Counted from the stretch's first letter, positions 40,470-51,098 are shown. The stretch is 64,000 nucleotides of DNA from an uncultured delta proteobacterium (GCA_963753975.1 CAVWEH010000005.1:256001-320000); one strand, 5' to 3'. Notes: a model not told the origin generated them from the letters alone. A program made the numbers and translations.

Positions 40470-41440
40470 ATGTGGAAATTTAAAGTTTTAATTCAATTCA
40501 TCCTCAGCAAAATACCTTTCGGGGAAAAACTTAATTATCTTTTACAAAAAATATATGGCTCACATAATGCAAATAAATCCAGAGCAAGAGTGCCGGGCTT
40601 GGTAGAAGCAATGCTACACATTGATAAATTTAGACCTCTTTATGGCGCTACCGTTGTGGAAATTGGGACAGGATGGGAGGCTATATGCCCAGTGCTCTTA
40701 TATCTGATGGGAGCAAAGGCTGTTCATAGCTATGATCACATTCCGCATTTGCGCTTTGCGAGCTACCGAAGCTTGTTAGCACCATTGAGGATGAAATTGG
40801 ACCAATCTCACATCTTTCAGGAATTCCGATATCACTCATAGAACAACGCCTAAGTCGTCTTAAAAACCATAATTCCCTCGGCGAGTTGCTATCTGCCGCA
40901 AAAATTTTTTATTGCGCTCCTGGAGATGGTGCAAATACAAAATTAAAGGATAACAGCATTGACATAGTCTTCAGCCATGCGGTTCTTGAGCATGTGCCAG
41001 TGACGGTAGTAAAAGCTTTAACTCTAGAGGCTAAGCGAATTCTAAAACCAAACGGAATTGCTTATCATTTCATTGATCTGCATGATCACTACACAGGATT
41101 CGATCACCGCCTGACAAAAGTAAATTTTTTAAAGTATTCGGAAGCTATGTGGCTCTTCTTCGTTAAAAACAAAATAAGTTATCATAACAGATTAAGACAA
41201 AAACAATTTCTTGATATTTTTAGCCAATGTGGGGCTAAGATACTTAATTGCAAAAGTAAAACAGATCAAACCGATATTGATGCACTTAAAGACATGGTAA
41301 TTGACCCGAGTTTTCATGGAATGTCGCACGAAGAACTGGCAGTTCATCAGAGCGAGGTGATTATGTCTTTTCTTAAGAAGGAATGTATGTCCGACGAAAG
41401 TGAAATCCTTTCGAGTAGTTCAATCATAACAAACCTATAA
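40470..41440 (+). pseudogene. Class I SAM methyltransferase, frameshifted near 40758
   Basis: VVEIGTGW in ORF 40440-40841 and IDIVFSHAVLEH/ILKPNG/HNRLR in ORF 40886-41440; the second frame is open back to about 40759. Confidence 0.8.
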
Positions 41441-41536
41441 TTGGTTTGCCTATTGGAGAGCATCTGTGTAACTAATGAATATGTCAATTTATTCAGGCAA
41501 TCATGGATTTCTTTCAAAAATTAAAATGGGGTTTAT

Positions 41537-42832
41537 ATGAATATAAACGATTCAAACTTGCTTTTAATCTGGGTTTTTCAAACCGGTGAACCGCTTCCCA
41601 TTGATGGGGAAAATGTTCGTCCAATGCGTGCTATCAATTTGTGTAATGCTTTAATTCAAGCAGGACATAAGGTAGTATTGTGGAGTTCGGCATTCTATCA
41701 TCAGGAAAAGCGCCATCGCAGTTTTACTACACAACCTATCAAGATTTCCGATAATCTCGAAGTAAGATTGATACCCAGCTGTGGTTATCAGCGCCATATT
41801 GGATTGGGGCGTCTTATCGATCACGCGCAATTAGCTATTAATCTAAAAAAAATGCTTAAACAGTCTAAAGACTTTCCGGATGTGGCCTTTATCGGCTATC
41901 CCCCTATTGAAACTGCCGCAGTTTTGGTTCGTTGGCTTGCCAAGCGTGGCGTGCCATCGTTGCTTGATGTAAAGGATCAGTGGCCCTCTTTGTTCTTGGA
42001 TGCTGTACCAGTGCCCTTGCGACGCCTGGGGCGCATGGTTCTCTGGCCCTATTTTCATCTGGCACAAAAGGCGATGCGGTATACGACAGGCCTCTCTGCC
42101 ATGACAAACAGTTTTCTTGACTGGGCGCTGGAATTCGCTGAGCGAAACCGTTCGGAAAATGATGGCGTCTTTCCGCTTACTACCCCCTTGGGCCAAGTAT
42201 CTGCAGCACAGCTAGCGGAAGGGCGGCGATGGTGGGACGAGCAAGGAGTTTTAGATGACGGACGCCCGCGCGTCTGTTTTGTGGGTAGTTTCATGTCCAT
42301 CTTCGATTTCAAACCCGTTCAAGAGGCAGCAAAAGAATTAAGTGCGTGTCAATTTGTCATCTGCGGCGATGGCGGTTCTTCCATTGAATTGCGTGCAATG
42401 ATGTCTGGTTTGCCAAATGTATACTTCCCGGGTTGGATAGACCGACCGAAGATTGAAGCATTAGCGGAGCGCTGCCAGGCGGCGCTTGCTCCTTACTTGA
42501 ATATTGAAAACTTTACCAAAAACCTTCCTAATAAAATTGTTGATGCCCTGTCGCTCGGTTTGCCCATCCTATGTCCTCTTCAGGGTGAAGTGGCTTCGCT
42601 AATCGCCGAGCATGGAGTGGGGATGCGCTACGGCACGGATTCCGGCAAGAGCCTCTATGACTGTATTCAGACCTTAATTAATGATCCAATGCTTCAGCGC
42701 AGCATGTCCCTGAAGGCGCGTGCGCTTTATGCAGAGCGCTTTTCATTTGATATGGTTTATGGTGGACTTGTTAAGCATCTCGAAAAGTTGGCAGGCGCTC
42801 GGTTAAGGGGTACACCCATTCATTTAAGATAG
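41537..42832 (+). CDS. GT4-like glycosyltransferase
   Basis: QTGEPLP, DVKDQWP, ICGDG, FPGWI, LPNKIVDALSLGLP. Confidence 0.85.
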   Translation: MNINDSNLLLIWVFQTGEPLPIDGENVRPMRAINLCNALIQAGHKVVLWSSAFYHQEKRHRSFTTQPIKISDNLEVRLIPSCGYQRHIGLGRLIDHAQLAINLKKMLKQSKDFPDVAFIGYPPIETAAVLVRWLAKRGVPSLLDVKDQWPSLFLDAVPVPLRRLGRMVLWPYFHLAQKAMRYTTGLSAMTNSFLDWALEFAERNRSENDGVFPLTTPLGQVSAAQLAEGRRWWDEQGVLDDGRPRVCFVGSFMSIFDFKPVQEAAKELSACQFVICGDGGSSIELRAMMSGLPNVYFPGWIDRPKIEALAERCQAALAPYLNIENFTKNLPNKIVDALSLGLPILCPLQGEVASLIAEHGVGMRYGTDSGKSLYDCIQTLINDPMLQRSMSLKARALYAERFSFDMVYGGLVKHLEKLAGARLRGTPIHLR

Positions 42833-42841
42833 GTTTTTAAA

Positions 42842-43603
42842 ATGAATAAGGACAAGCAAACCGAATTAAAGCGCTATGACTCACGTGCTCAGGCCATTCT
42901 GGCGGCTGGAAAGTCTGCCGTCGGGAACGCCTCGGTATCTGGCGCTTTGACATATCCTGCCATTTTCCGAGCACCCTATAGCTATTACGAACAGTGTATT
43001 CGCCGGTATATATCTAAAAAACATAATGTACTCGAACTTGCTTCCGGGACAGGTCTGCACACATACGCGCTGGTGCAAACCGGGGCGCGGGTGGTGGCCA
43101 GCGACATTTCCAGTCACTCTCTCATGTTACTCAATCAACGCATCGAAGGCATAACGACACAAGTGGCCGACATAGAGTCCTTGCCCTTTGAATCCGAAAC
43201 CTTTGATGTTGTCACTATGGCGGGTAGCCTGAGTTATGGGGATCCGGCCCTGGTTGATGCAGAAATCCGGCGTGTGCTGCGTCCGGGCGGTATCTTTATT
43301 TGCGTAGATTCGCTTAATCATAACCCTGTCTATCGACTTAACCGGTGGCTGCACTATAAGCGGGGTGAACGTACCAAAAGCACCTTGCTCTATATGCCGA
43401 CGATGGAGCGCATTCAATCGATCTCCAGAGGATTCAAAAATACCAAGGTCAGCTACTTCGGCGCTGTTAGCCATATGATGCCCGTTTTGGCCAATATCAT
43501 TGGGCAACCCCGTGCTGCGCAATTCTCCGATTTTGTGGATAACCTGGTTCATGTGCGGCGTGCTGCCTTTAAATTTGTACTGGTGGCACATGGTCGTTTA
43601 TGA
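42842..43603 (+). CDS. Class I SAM-dependent methyltransferase
   Basis: VLELASGTG, SDIS, ADIESLPF..ETFDVV, RVLRPGG. Confidence 0.88.
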   Translation: MNKDKQTELKRYDSRAQAILAAGKSAVGNASVSGALTYPAIFRAPYSYYEQCIRRYISKKHNVLELASGTGLHTYALVQTGARVVASDISSHSLMLLNQRIEGITTQVADIESLPFESETFDVVTMAGSLSYGDPALVDAEIRRVLRPGGIFICVDSLNHNPVYRLNRWLHYKRGERTKSTLLYMPTMERIQSISRGFKNTKVSYFGAVSHMMPVLANIIGQPRAAQFSDFVDNLVHVRRAAFKFVLVAHGRL

Positions 43604-43820
43604 GGTGTACCTGGTTTTATATTTGCCGAATCGTTTCTAAAAGTTGTTTAGTTCTTTTTATATCGCAAAAAGCACGTCCAGTGTATATAGTAAAAAATGA
43701 CGAAATTTTTCGCTGCTATTATAATACCTTGAACAGTTGATCGTTGATTTATTAAAAGAAATATGACAACTTTCCGGGGTAGGTTCGAAGAATGACAAAC
43801 ACTAAGGAGTGAAAAGATAG

Positions 43821-44957
43821 ATGAACGGTAAAAAAACAATTCCTTTTTTTAATTACTCCGCGCTTTTTAAAAATCAGGAAAAGGAAATCATGGATACGCT
43901 GCGTGATGTAATGAGCCGCGGCGCGTATATTCTGCAGAAAGATCTAAGAGAATTTGAGGAAAACATAAAAGAGCTGATAGCTGTTAAGCATGTGCTGGGC
44001 GTGGCGGATGGCACGAATGCACTGATGCTGGCGCTCCGGGCCGCAGGGATCGGGCAAGGCGATGAAGTCATTATGTCGTCCCATACTTACATTGCGACCG
44101 CCGCGTCCGTTCATTTTGTTGGCGCAACACCGGTGTTGGTGGAATGCGGAGCAGATCATATGATCGATCCTGATAGTGTTAAAAAAGCTATTAGCGGGAG
44201 AACGCGCGTGATCATGCCCACGCAACTCAATGGCCGGACCTGTGACATGGATGCCCTGCAAGCGATTGCCGATCAGCATAATCTCATCATTATTGAGGAC
44301 GCCGCACAAGCGCTTTATTCTAAGTTCAAAGGGAAATGTGCCGGTACGTTTGGCCTGGCGGGGACATTCAGCTTTTACCCGGCTAAAGTTCTCGGGTGTT
44401 TTGGCGATGGTGGCGCTGTTGTAACCAATGACGATAGAATTGCCCAACGCGTGGCTTTGTTGCGAGATCACGGACGAAATGAGAAAGGTGAAGTTGTTAC
44501 CTGGGGAACAAACAGTCGTTTGGATAATATGCAAGCGGCTATTTTAAATTTGAAACTGAAAACATTTAAGAAGGATATAGAACGCAGACGTCAAATTGCA
44601 TCCATGTATCATCAGGCCTTAAAAGATATTGAAGATTTGATTTTGCCTCCTGCTCCCGACGCGGATAAGAATTACTATGATATTTATCAAAACTACGAAT
44701 TAGAATCGGGACAGCGGGATGAGCTGAAACGCTTTCTGGCTGATTGCGGTATAGGGTCTATTATTCAATGGGCAGGGAAGGCCGTGCATCAATTTAAGGG
44801 TCTTGGCTTTGATCATGTGCGCCTCCCTGTAGTAGAAAAAATGACCGGTCGTTTTTTAATGTTACCAATGCACACAGCATTGTCCGATGATGATGTTGCG
44901 TATATTTGTGATTGCATAAGAAAATTTTATGCCGAGAAGTTGCGCACAATTACTTGA
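43821..44957 (+). CDS. DegT/DnrJ/EryC1/StrS PLP-dependent sugar aminotransferase
   Basis: GTNAL, IEDAAQA, SFYPAKVLGCFGDGG (PLP lysine), NSRLDNMQAA. Confidence 0.93.
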   Translation: MNGKKTIPFFNYSALFKNQEKEIMDTLRDVMSRGAYILQKDLREFEENIKELIAVKHVLGVADGTNALMLALRAAGIGQGDEVIMSSHTYIATAASVHFVGATPVLVECGADHMIDPDSVKKAISGRTRVIMPTQLNGRTCDMDALQAIADQHNLIIIEDAAQALYSKFKGKCAGTFGLAGTFSFYPAKVLGCFGDGGAVVTNDDRIAQRVALLRDHGRNEKGEVVTWGTNSRLDNMQAAILNLKLKTFKKDIERRRQIASMYHQALKDIEDLILPPAPDADKNYYDIYQNYELESGQRDELKRFLADCGIGSIIQWAGKAVHQFKGLGFDHVRLPVVEKMTGRFLMLPMHTALSDDDVAYICDCIRKFYAEKLRTIT

Positions 44958-45018
44958 TGTATATAAACTTTTTTGAATTTAATTTATAAAACTTTTATAA
45001 AAACAGAGTGGAAAATAT

Positions 45019-45753
45019 ATGAAAAGGATTTTTGATATTATTTGTTCTTTCTTTGGGTTGGTTCTGTTCAGCCCTTTGCTAATACCGGTGATGATATTGG
45101 TATGGCTACAGGATTTTAGCTCGCCTTTTTATGTTGCCCCGAGAGTAGCCAAAAATGGTGGAGTCTTTCGGATGGTCAAGCTTCGTTCAATGATTGTCAA
45201 TGCGGATAGATCGGGTGTTGATTCCACCTCGGCTAATGATGTCAGGATTACTTCCATCGGGCGATTTATAAGAAGATTCAAATTAGATGAGCTGACGCAG
45301 TTGTGGAATGTTCTTAAGGGTGATATGAGCCTTGTTGGTCCTCGTCCAAACGTGAAGCGGGAGACGGACCTTTATACAAATGTTGAGAAAGAACTTTTGA
45401 CGATAAAACCGGGAATAACAGATTTTTCATCGATTGTTTTTTCAGACGAAAACGATATTTTAAAGGACAGTAAAGATCCCGATATTGAATATAATCAATT
45501 GATCAGGCCATGGAAAAGCCGTTTGAGCCTGCTGTACGTCAAACATCAGTCCTTTTTGCTGGATTGTGCCCTTGTGTTGTTAACCGCAGTGGCAATAATG
45601 TCCCGCCAAAAAGCGCTCTGGGGTGTGAACAAATTACTTGTTCTAATAGAAGCTCCGGCTGATGTTATCCGTGTTGCTCAGAGAGAAGATGTGCTTGTTC
45701 CTCATCCCCCGCCTGGCGCGGATTCTATAGTGACTCATCGGTCTGTGGCGTGA
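45019..45753 (+). CDS. Polyprenyl-phosphate phosphoglycosyltransferase (PglC-like sugar transferase)
   Basis: MKRIFDI, KLRSM, DVRIT, LDELTQLWNVLKGDMSLVGPRP, KPGITD. Confidence 0.93.
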   Translation: MKRIFDIICSFFGLVLFSPLLIPVMILVWLQDFSSPFYVAPRVAKNGGVFRMVKLRSMIVNADRSGVDSTSANDVRITSIGRFIRRFKLDELTQLWNVLKGDMSLVGPRPNVKRETDLYTNVEKELLTIKPGITDFSSIVFSDENDILKDSKDPDIEYNQLIRPWKSRLSLLYVKHQSFLLDCALVLLTAVAIMSRQKALWGVNKLLVLIEAPADVIRVAQREDVLVPHPPPGADSIVTHRSVA

Positions 45754-45836
45754 ATTCTCCAATGCAACGGTCTATATAGAATAGGTATAAATGATATCAA
45801 AGAGCAATGGCTATTTGATTTGATCGAAAGGTGCCT

Positions 45837-46817
45837 ATGAAAGAATATTCTCATAATTTTCTGCAGCAGCTATATAGAAGCATGCTGCGCATGAGAGCTT
45901 GTGAAGAAAGCCTCGTTGAACCGATCTTAAATCGCGAAATTCTTTGTCCGTGTCATCTTTATTCCGGCGAAGAGGCGATAGCTGCAGGCATTGGCGCTTC
46001 ACTGAACGTAAGGGATTACATCTTCAGTAATCATCGCGCACATGGTCATTTTTTAGCTAAAGGTGGATCTATGAATGCGATGGTTGCGGAAATTTATGGC
46101 CGAGAGCCCGGATGCTCCCATAGTAGAGGTGGGTCGATGCATCTTATTGATCCTGAGCATGGCATGCTGGGCTCAGCGCCAATTGTTTCCGGCACAATTT
46201 CTCTTGGCCTTGGTGCAGCTTTGGCAAGTGCCATCAGAAAAGATGATCGTGCAACGGTTGTCTTTTTCGGCGATGGTGCGGCAGGTGAAGGTGTGCTGTA
46301 TGAGTCCTTAAATTTTGCGGCGCTGATGAAACTTCCCATTACTTTTGTTTGCGAAAATAATTTTTACGCCACGCATATGCCGATACGTGATTGCCGCGTG
46401 CAAAATAATATCCGTACGATTGCGGATCCCTTCTGCATTGAGAATGCTGAAGTAGATGGCAATGATGTTCTGGCGGTCTATGAGGCAGGCAGTAAGGCTA
46501 TCGAAAAATGCAGGCGGGGCAACGGCCCTTTTTTTCTGGAATGTCTGACCTATCGATTACGGGGGCACGTGGGGCCGGACGATAACATTCAAGGCCTGCG
46601 CACTGACATTCGTCCTCCCGAAGAAGTTGAGAAATGGCGTAAGAAGGATCCGATTAATACTTATGAAGAATGCCTGCTTAATCACTACGCTTTTGATACG
46701 GAAACTTTGCGCAAAATAAAAATGGACGTGGATGCTGAAGTTGCTGCTGCGCATGCCTTTGCCAAAAGTAGTCCATACCCGGATCGAAAGGATTTACTCA
46801 ATAATGTCTTCCGCTAG
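45837..46817 (+). CDS. Thiamine-diphosphate-dependent dehydrogenase E1 alpha-like subunit
   Basis: HLYSGEEA, HRAHGH, GGSMH, GDGAAGEG...ENN TPP motif, TYRLRGH. Confidence 0.92.
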   Translation: MKEYSHNFLQQLYRSMLRMRACEESLVEPILNREILCPCHLYSGEEAIAAGIGASLNVRDYIFSNHRAHGHFLAKGGSMNAMVAEIYGREPGCSHSRGGSMHLIDPEHGMLGSAPIVSGTISLGLGAALASAIRKDDRATVVFFGDGAAGEGVLYESLNFAALMKLPITFVCENNFYATHMPIRDCRVQNNIRTIADPFCIENAEVDGNDVLAVYEAGSKAIEKCRRGNGPFFLECLTYRLRGHVGPDDNIQGLRTDIRPPEEVEKWRKKDPINTYEECLLNHYAFDTETLRKIKMDVDAEVAAAHAFAKSSPYPDRKDLLNNVFR

Positions 46818-47853
46818 AAAACTTCGCTACAGTCTGGCGATTAACGAGGCGTTTCATCAAATGATGGCCGCCGACGCTTCAGTTTTTCTAATGGGACAAG
46901 GAACGAAAAGCCCATGGTATGTCGGCAATACCGCGCAGGGCTTGTTAGACAGGTTCGGAAAATTACGGGTTATTGATACGCCCGTTTCTGAAAATGCAAT
47001 GACTGGGGCGGCTGTCGGGGCAGCTCTTGCTGGTATGAAGCCGATTATTGTTCATCCGCGCATGGATTTTATGCTTTATGCTTTCGATCCGATCATCAAT
47101 CAGGCGGCTAACTGGTACTATATGAACGGTGGCAAATTATCCGTGCCGGTGGTTATTTGGGGTATCATCAATCGCGGCGGTGAGCAGGCGGCGCAACACG
47201 CCCAGGCTTTACATGCCATGTTCGCGCATGTTCCGGGATTAAAGGTCGTAATGCCGGCCACACCTTATGATGCCAAGGGGCTAATGATTGCAGCAGTTCG
47301 TGATCCAAATCCGGTGGTTTACATCGATGATCGATTTTTATATAATGATGAAGGCATTGTCCCGGAAGATGCTTATGAAGTGGAAATCGGTAAAGGTATT
47401 ATTCGAAAAGAAGGTGCAGATGTAACAGTTGTCGCAATTTCATTAATGGCACGAGAGGCACTAAAAGCGGCTGGTAATTTGGCAAAAGAAGGCATTGATG
47501 TGGAGTGTATTGATCTTCGGACGGCAAAGCCCATCGATTGCGGTCTGATATTGGCTTCGGTTCAGAAAACGGGACGTTTAGTTGTTGCTGATGTCGGCTG
47601 GAAAACATGTGGTCTGGCGGCGGAAATATCGGCTATCGTTGCAGAACAGGCCTTTGAATATCTTAAAGCACCTATACAAAGAGTGGCGCTTCCCGACTGC
47701 CCTGCGCCTGCCAGTTCGGTTTTAGAAAAAGAATATTATAAAACACATGCGGATATTGAGCAGGCAATAAGACAATGCATGAAACAGAGGAAAGTGGACA
47801 CTCTGGTTCATCCATCAAGGATGGACAAACTCGTCTACATGAAACTCTTTTGA
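46804..47853 (+). CDS. TPP-dependent dehydrogenase E1 beta-like subunit
   Basis: DTPVSE, QHAQ, HVPGLKVV, YDAKGL, IDLRT, KTGRLVV, APIQRV. ATG 46804 overlaps the alpha stop. Confidence 0.92.
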   Translation: MSSARKLRYSLAINEAFHQMMAADASVFLMGQGTKSPWYVGNTAQGLLDRFGKLRVIDTPVSENAMTGAAVGAALAGMKPIIVHPRMDFMLYAFDPIINQAANWYYMNGGKLSVPVVIWGIINRGGEQAAQHAQALHAMFAHVPGLKVVMPATPYDAKGLMIAAVRDPNPVVYIDDRFLYNDEGIVPEDAYEVEIGKGIIRKEGADVTVVAISLMAREALKAAGNLAKEGIDVECIDLRTAKPIDCGLILASVQKTGRLVVADVGWKTCGLAAEISAIVAEQAFEYLKAPIQRVALPDCPAPASSVLEKEYYKTHADIEQAIRQCMKQRKVDTLVHPSRMDKLVYMKLF

Positions 47854-47933
47854 CGCTGCCGGCGTGCGGCGCCGGCGCTTTTCAACCAAGATAATTTGAT
47901 TGCTTTGCGGATGGGAAGGCGTTGTTCATTAAT

Positions 47934-49838
47934 ATGAATATGTATTTCCAAGTAAAAAACCCCCAAATATATTTGATGATTTTCAGCGATGTTTTAATAT
48001 TTGCGTTATCTATAGTTATCTCTTACTTATTTCGCTTTGAATTTTCACTTAGCCCATTTTACATTCAGCAAATAAAAACAGTTCTCCTCTGGATTGTTCC
48101 TTTGAAGGTTATTGTTTTTTTATTTTCCGGTATTTATCGGGGAATGTGGCGCTATACCAGCGTCAGGGATTTTTGGCTTTTAGCCCGGGCCTGTTTATTA
48201 TCCACTTTATTAATTCTGGCTGTAATTTTGTACATGAGCGGTTTTCAAGGATATTCCCGGGCTATTTTTATTATAGACGGTGTTTTGACTTTTCTATTGG
48301 TTGGCGGAAAACTCATGGCTATTCGTTCTTACTTTGCCGGTTTCGCCAATCCAAAAACCAGAGAAGAACTTTTCCCGAAAGTTACTTATAAGAAAGTACT
48401 GATTATCGGAGCGGGCGCTGCCGGTGAAAAAATATTGCGGGAAATTTTTGAAAACAATCAATTACACTATCGAGTAATCGGTTTCATTGACGATGATCCC
48501 CAAAAAAAAGGCCGGTCGATCCACGGCGTACCCGTGCTGGGAAATCTGGGAATAATTACATCTCTTCTGGAGAAAGAAGATGTGAAGGAAATACTTATTG
48601 CCATTCCTTCGGCCAACGGCGATCAAATTAGAAGTATAGTGGAAACCTGTCAGGATTGTAATGTTTCTTATAAAATATTGCCGGGAATGGGCGAGCTTAT
48701 TGACGGCCGTGTAAGTATTAAAATACTGCGCGATATAAGCTATGAAGATCTGTTGGGCAGGCCGCCGGTACAATTAGATGCTACGGGTATTCACGGCTAT
48801 CTGGACGGCAAGACCGTTTTAATTACCGGCTGCGGTGGTTCGATTGGTGCCGAGTTGTGCCGGCAAGTAATAAAATATCAACCCAGCTACCTTATCTTGT
48901 TGGATGCCAGTGAAATGAACCTTTTCAATATTCAAATGGAACTGCAAAATGAAAGAGATTTCCATAAATGCGAGGCAATACTGGGGCAGGTGCAGAATAC
49001 ACACCTCATGGAGGACATCTTTAAAAAATACAAGCCGCAGGTCGTTTTCCATGCCGCGGCTTATAAGCATGTGCCGATGCTGGAAAAAAATCCCTGGGAA
49101 GCAGTATTCAATAATATAATCGGCAGCCGAATAGCCATGGAAATGTCAATTAAATATCATGTGGAACGATTCGTGCTGGTGTCTACGGACAAGGCTGTCC
49201 GTCCCGCCAATGTCATGGGGGCAAGTAAAAGGGTGACTGAATTAATTATGCAGTCTTTACAGGGCAAAAGCACACTGCTGATGGCGGTGAGGTTCGGCAA
49301 TGTTATCGGCTCTTCCGGTTCCGTGATACCTGTTTTCCGGCGGCAAATAGAAAAAGGTGGCCCCGTAACCGTTACTCATCCCGAAGTAAACCGCTATTTT
49401 ATGACCATTCCCGAGTCGACACAACTGATTTTGCAGGCAGCTGCGATGGGAGAGGGCGGAGAAGTCTTTATTTTAGAAATGGGAACGCCGGTTAAGATAG
49501 CCGACATGGCGAGGGATTTAATTCGCCTTTCCGGAAAAGAGCCGGATGTTGATATTAAAATCATTTATACCGGTTTACGTGACGGAGAAAAACTCTACGA
49601 AGAGCTCATTACGGAGGGAGAGGATATTCTGCCGACAGGGCATAGGAAAATTATGGTATTACGTTCCAATTGCCATGCTGATGAAGCAAATTATTTGCAG
49701 GAAATAAGAGCGAAATTGGAAAGCGATATCGATGAATTAATAAAATATTCTCTTCTCCACGATACGAAAGCCATAAAGAAAAAGTTCAAAGAAATTGTTC
49801 CCGAATACACGCCGCAGGAAAATGAAGCTGTTCTTTAA
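47934..49838 (+). CDS. Membrane-anchored UDP-GlcNAc 4,6-dehydratase (PglF/CapD/WbpM family)
   Basis: Four N-terminal TMs, IIGAGAAG, TGCGGSIGAELCRQ, HAAAYKHVP, STDKAV..MGASK, RFGNV.GSSGSV, GEKLYEEL. Start uncertain (47922/47934/47940). Confidence 0.93.
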   Translation: MNMYFQVKNPQIYLMIFSDVLIFALSIVISYLFRFEFSLSPFYIQQIKTVLLWIVPLKVIVFLFSGIYRGMWRYTSVRDFWLLARACLLSTLLILAVILYMSGFQGYSRAIFIIDGVLTFLLVGGKLMAIRSYFAGFANPKTREELFPKVTYKKVLIIGAGAAGEKILREIFENNQLHYRVIGFIDDDPQKKGRSIHGVPVLGNLGIITSLLEKEDVKEILIAIPSANGDQIRSIVETCQDCNVSYKILPGMGELIDGRVSIKILRDISYEDLLGRPPVQLDATGIHGYLDGKTVLITGCGGSIGAELCRQVIKYQPSYLILLDASEMNLFNIQMELQNERDFHKCEAILGQVQNTHLMEDIFKKYKPQVVFHAAAYKHVPMLEKNPWEAVFNNIIGSRIAMEMSIKYHVERFVLVSTDKAVRPANVMGASKRVTELIMQSLQGKSTLLMAVRFGNVIGSSGSVIPVFRRQIEKGGPVTVTHPEVNRYFMTIPESTQLILQAAAMGEGGEVFILEMGTPVKIADMARDLIRLSGKEPDVDIKIIYTGLRDGEKLYEELITEGEDILPTGHRKIMVLRSNCHADEANYLQEIRAKLESDIDELIKYSLLHDTKAIKKKFKEIVPEYTPQENEAVL

Positions 49839-49964
49839 TCAATGACACCTGCTGAAAACAAGCGTAGCGAAGTTTGAAGTGTTGGTGGAATTGATCCCGA
49901 AAGCGAAGCTTTTCGGGATATAAGCGGGTTCAATTCCCCGCGGTTTGCGGCGGGGTTGTTCATT
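49839..49964 (-). repeat. Longest family-A element
   Basis: Minus strand: aatgaacaaccccgccgcaaaccgcgggg..tcccgaaa-agcttcgc-tttcggga-tcaattccac..gtgtcattga. Confidence 0.7.
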
Positions 49965-50009
49965 AATATTTGTCCGCGAAATTAAATCGTAAAGATTAAT
50001 CTGCAAAAA

Positions 50010-51098
50010 ATGATTATTGCCGCTCACCATAAAATAAATATTCCCATCAGGAAAATATTAATTATCCAATTAGGCGACATCGGCGATGTTGTCTGGGCGA
50101 TTCCTGCGTTTTGGGCGCTGAAAGCTACATTTCCGCAAGTCGTCCTCTCGGTGCTATCGAGAAATCCCTACGGAGATTTGCTTCTTGATGATCCCCACAT
50201 AGATAAGATATTTCAAGTCGACCAACAAAGCATTTTCAGAGAATTGCAATTACTAACAAATCTGCGTAGGGAAAAATTTGATTTGATTTTTGATTTACGC
50301 GCCGATGACCGCGGGGCATACACCTCCTTTCTTGTCGGGGCGAAGATGAGAGCTGCCCTTTATTATCAAGGATTGTCATGGCGCAATAGAATGTTTACTC
50401 ATCTTATAGATCCGCCACCAGCAACAGAAAGAGAAAGAACATACCGAGCCGCTGAACAATCGCTGAAAATTATCAGGGGGTTCGGAATAAAAGAAAATAC
50501 TGTCATTCCCCAACTCTTTGTTTCTTCGACAACAAAAAATAAGATAGGGGAATTATTGGCGGCAGAAAATGTTGCCGCTCGAGACGGTTATGTCACAATC
50601 AATCCTTTTTCGCGTTGGTCTTATAAGGAATGGGGGATTGATAAATGGCGACAGCTTATAGCTTTCATTTGGCAAAAATATAAAATGCCTGCGCTGATCC
50701 TGGGATCAGAAGACGAAAGGGGGCGGGCTGATAAGTTGACAGTTGCCGGCCCCTCTTCCGTATCCGTATATAATTTTGCCGGTAAAACATCCCTGCGCGA
50801 AATGGCCGGCCTTTTACAGACAAGCCGGTTGCACATTGGTGTAGATAGCGCGGCGCCGCATATAGCAGCGGCAGTCGGTACCCCGACTTTGACTATTTAC
50901 GGACCGTCCGACTGGCGTGAATGGGCGCCGCCGGGAGAAAAAAATAAGGTTGTTGTACCGGATATGGATTGTTCACCCTGTCATAAAAAAGGCTGCAATG
51001 GAAGTGGCCGAAGCGATTGCCTCGATAATTTATCCGTTGCCAAAGTTGGGAATGTCGTAGAAATAATGTTAAATAATTTTGTGTTTGATAAATCTTGA
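50010..51098 (+). CDS. GT9 glycosyltransferase (LPS heptosyltransferase-like)
   Basis: ILIIQLGDIGDVV, YKEW, AGKTSL, GVDSAAPHIAAAVGTP..YGPS, CSPC. Confidence 0.92.
   Translation: MIIAAHHKINIPIRKILIIQLGDIGDVVWAIPAFWALKATFPQVVLSVLSRNPYGDLLLDDPHIDKIFQVDQQSIFRELQLLTNLRREKFDLIFDLRADDRGAYTSFLVGAKMRAALYYQGLSWRNRMFTHLIDPPPATERERTYRAAEQSLKIIRGFGIKENTVIPQLFVSSTTKNKIGELLAAENVAARDGYVTINPFSRWSYKEWGIDKWRQLIAFIWQKYKMPALILGSEDERGRADKLTVAGPSSVSVYNFAGKTSLREMAGLLQTSRLHIGVDSAAPHIAAAVGTPTLTIYGPSDWREWAPPGEKNKVVVPDMDCSPCHKKGCNGSGRSDCLDNLSVAKVGNVVEIMLNNFVFDKS

Noticed and set aside
21832..41440. Programmed frameshifting or slipped-strand phase variation behind the split genes
   Set aside because: The indel sites lack long homopolymers, repeat tracts or slippery heptamers; sequencing error is more parsimonious.
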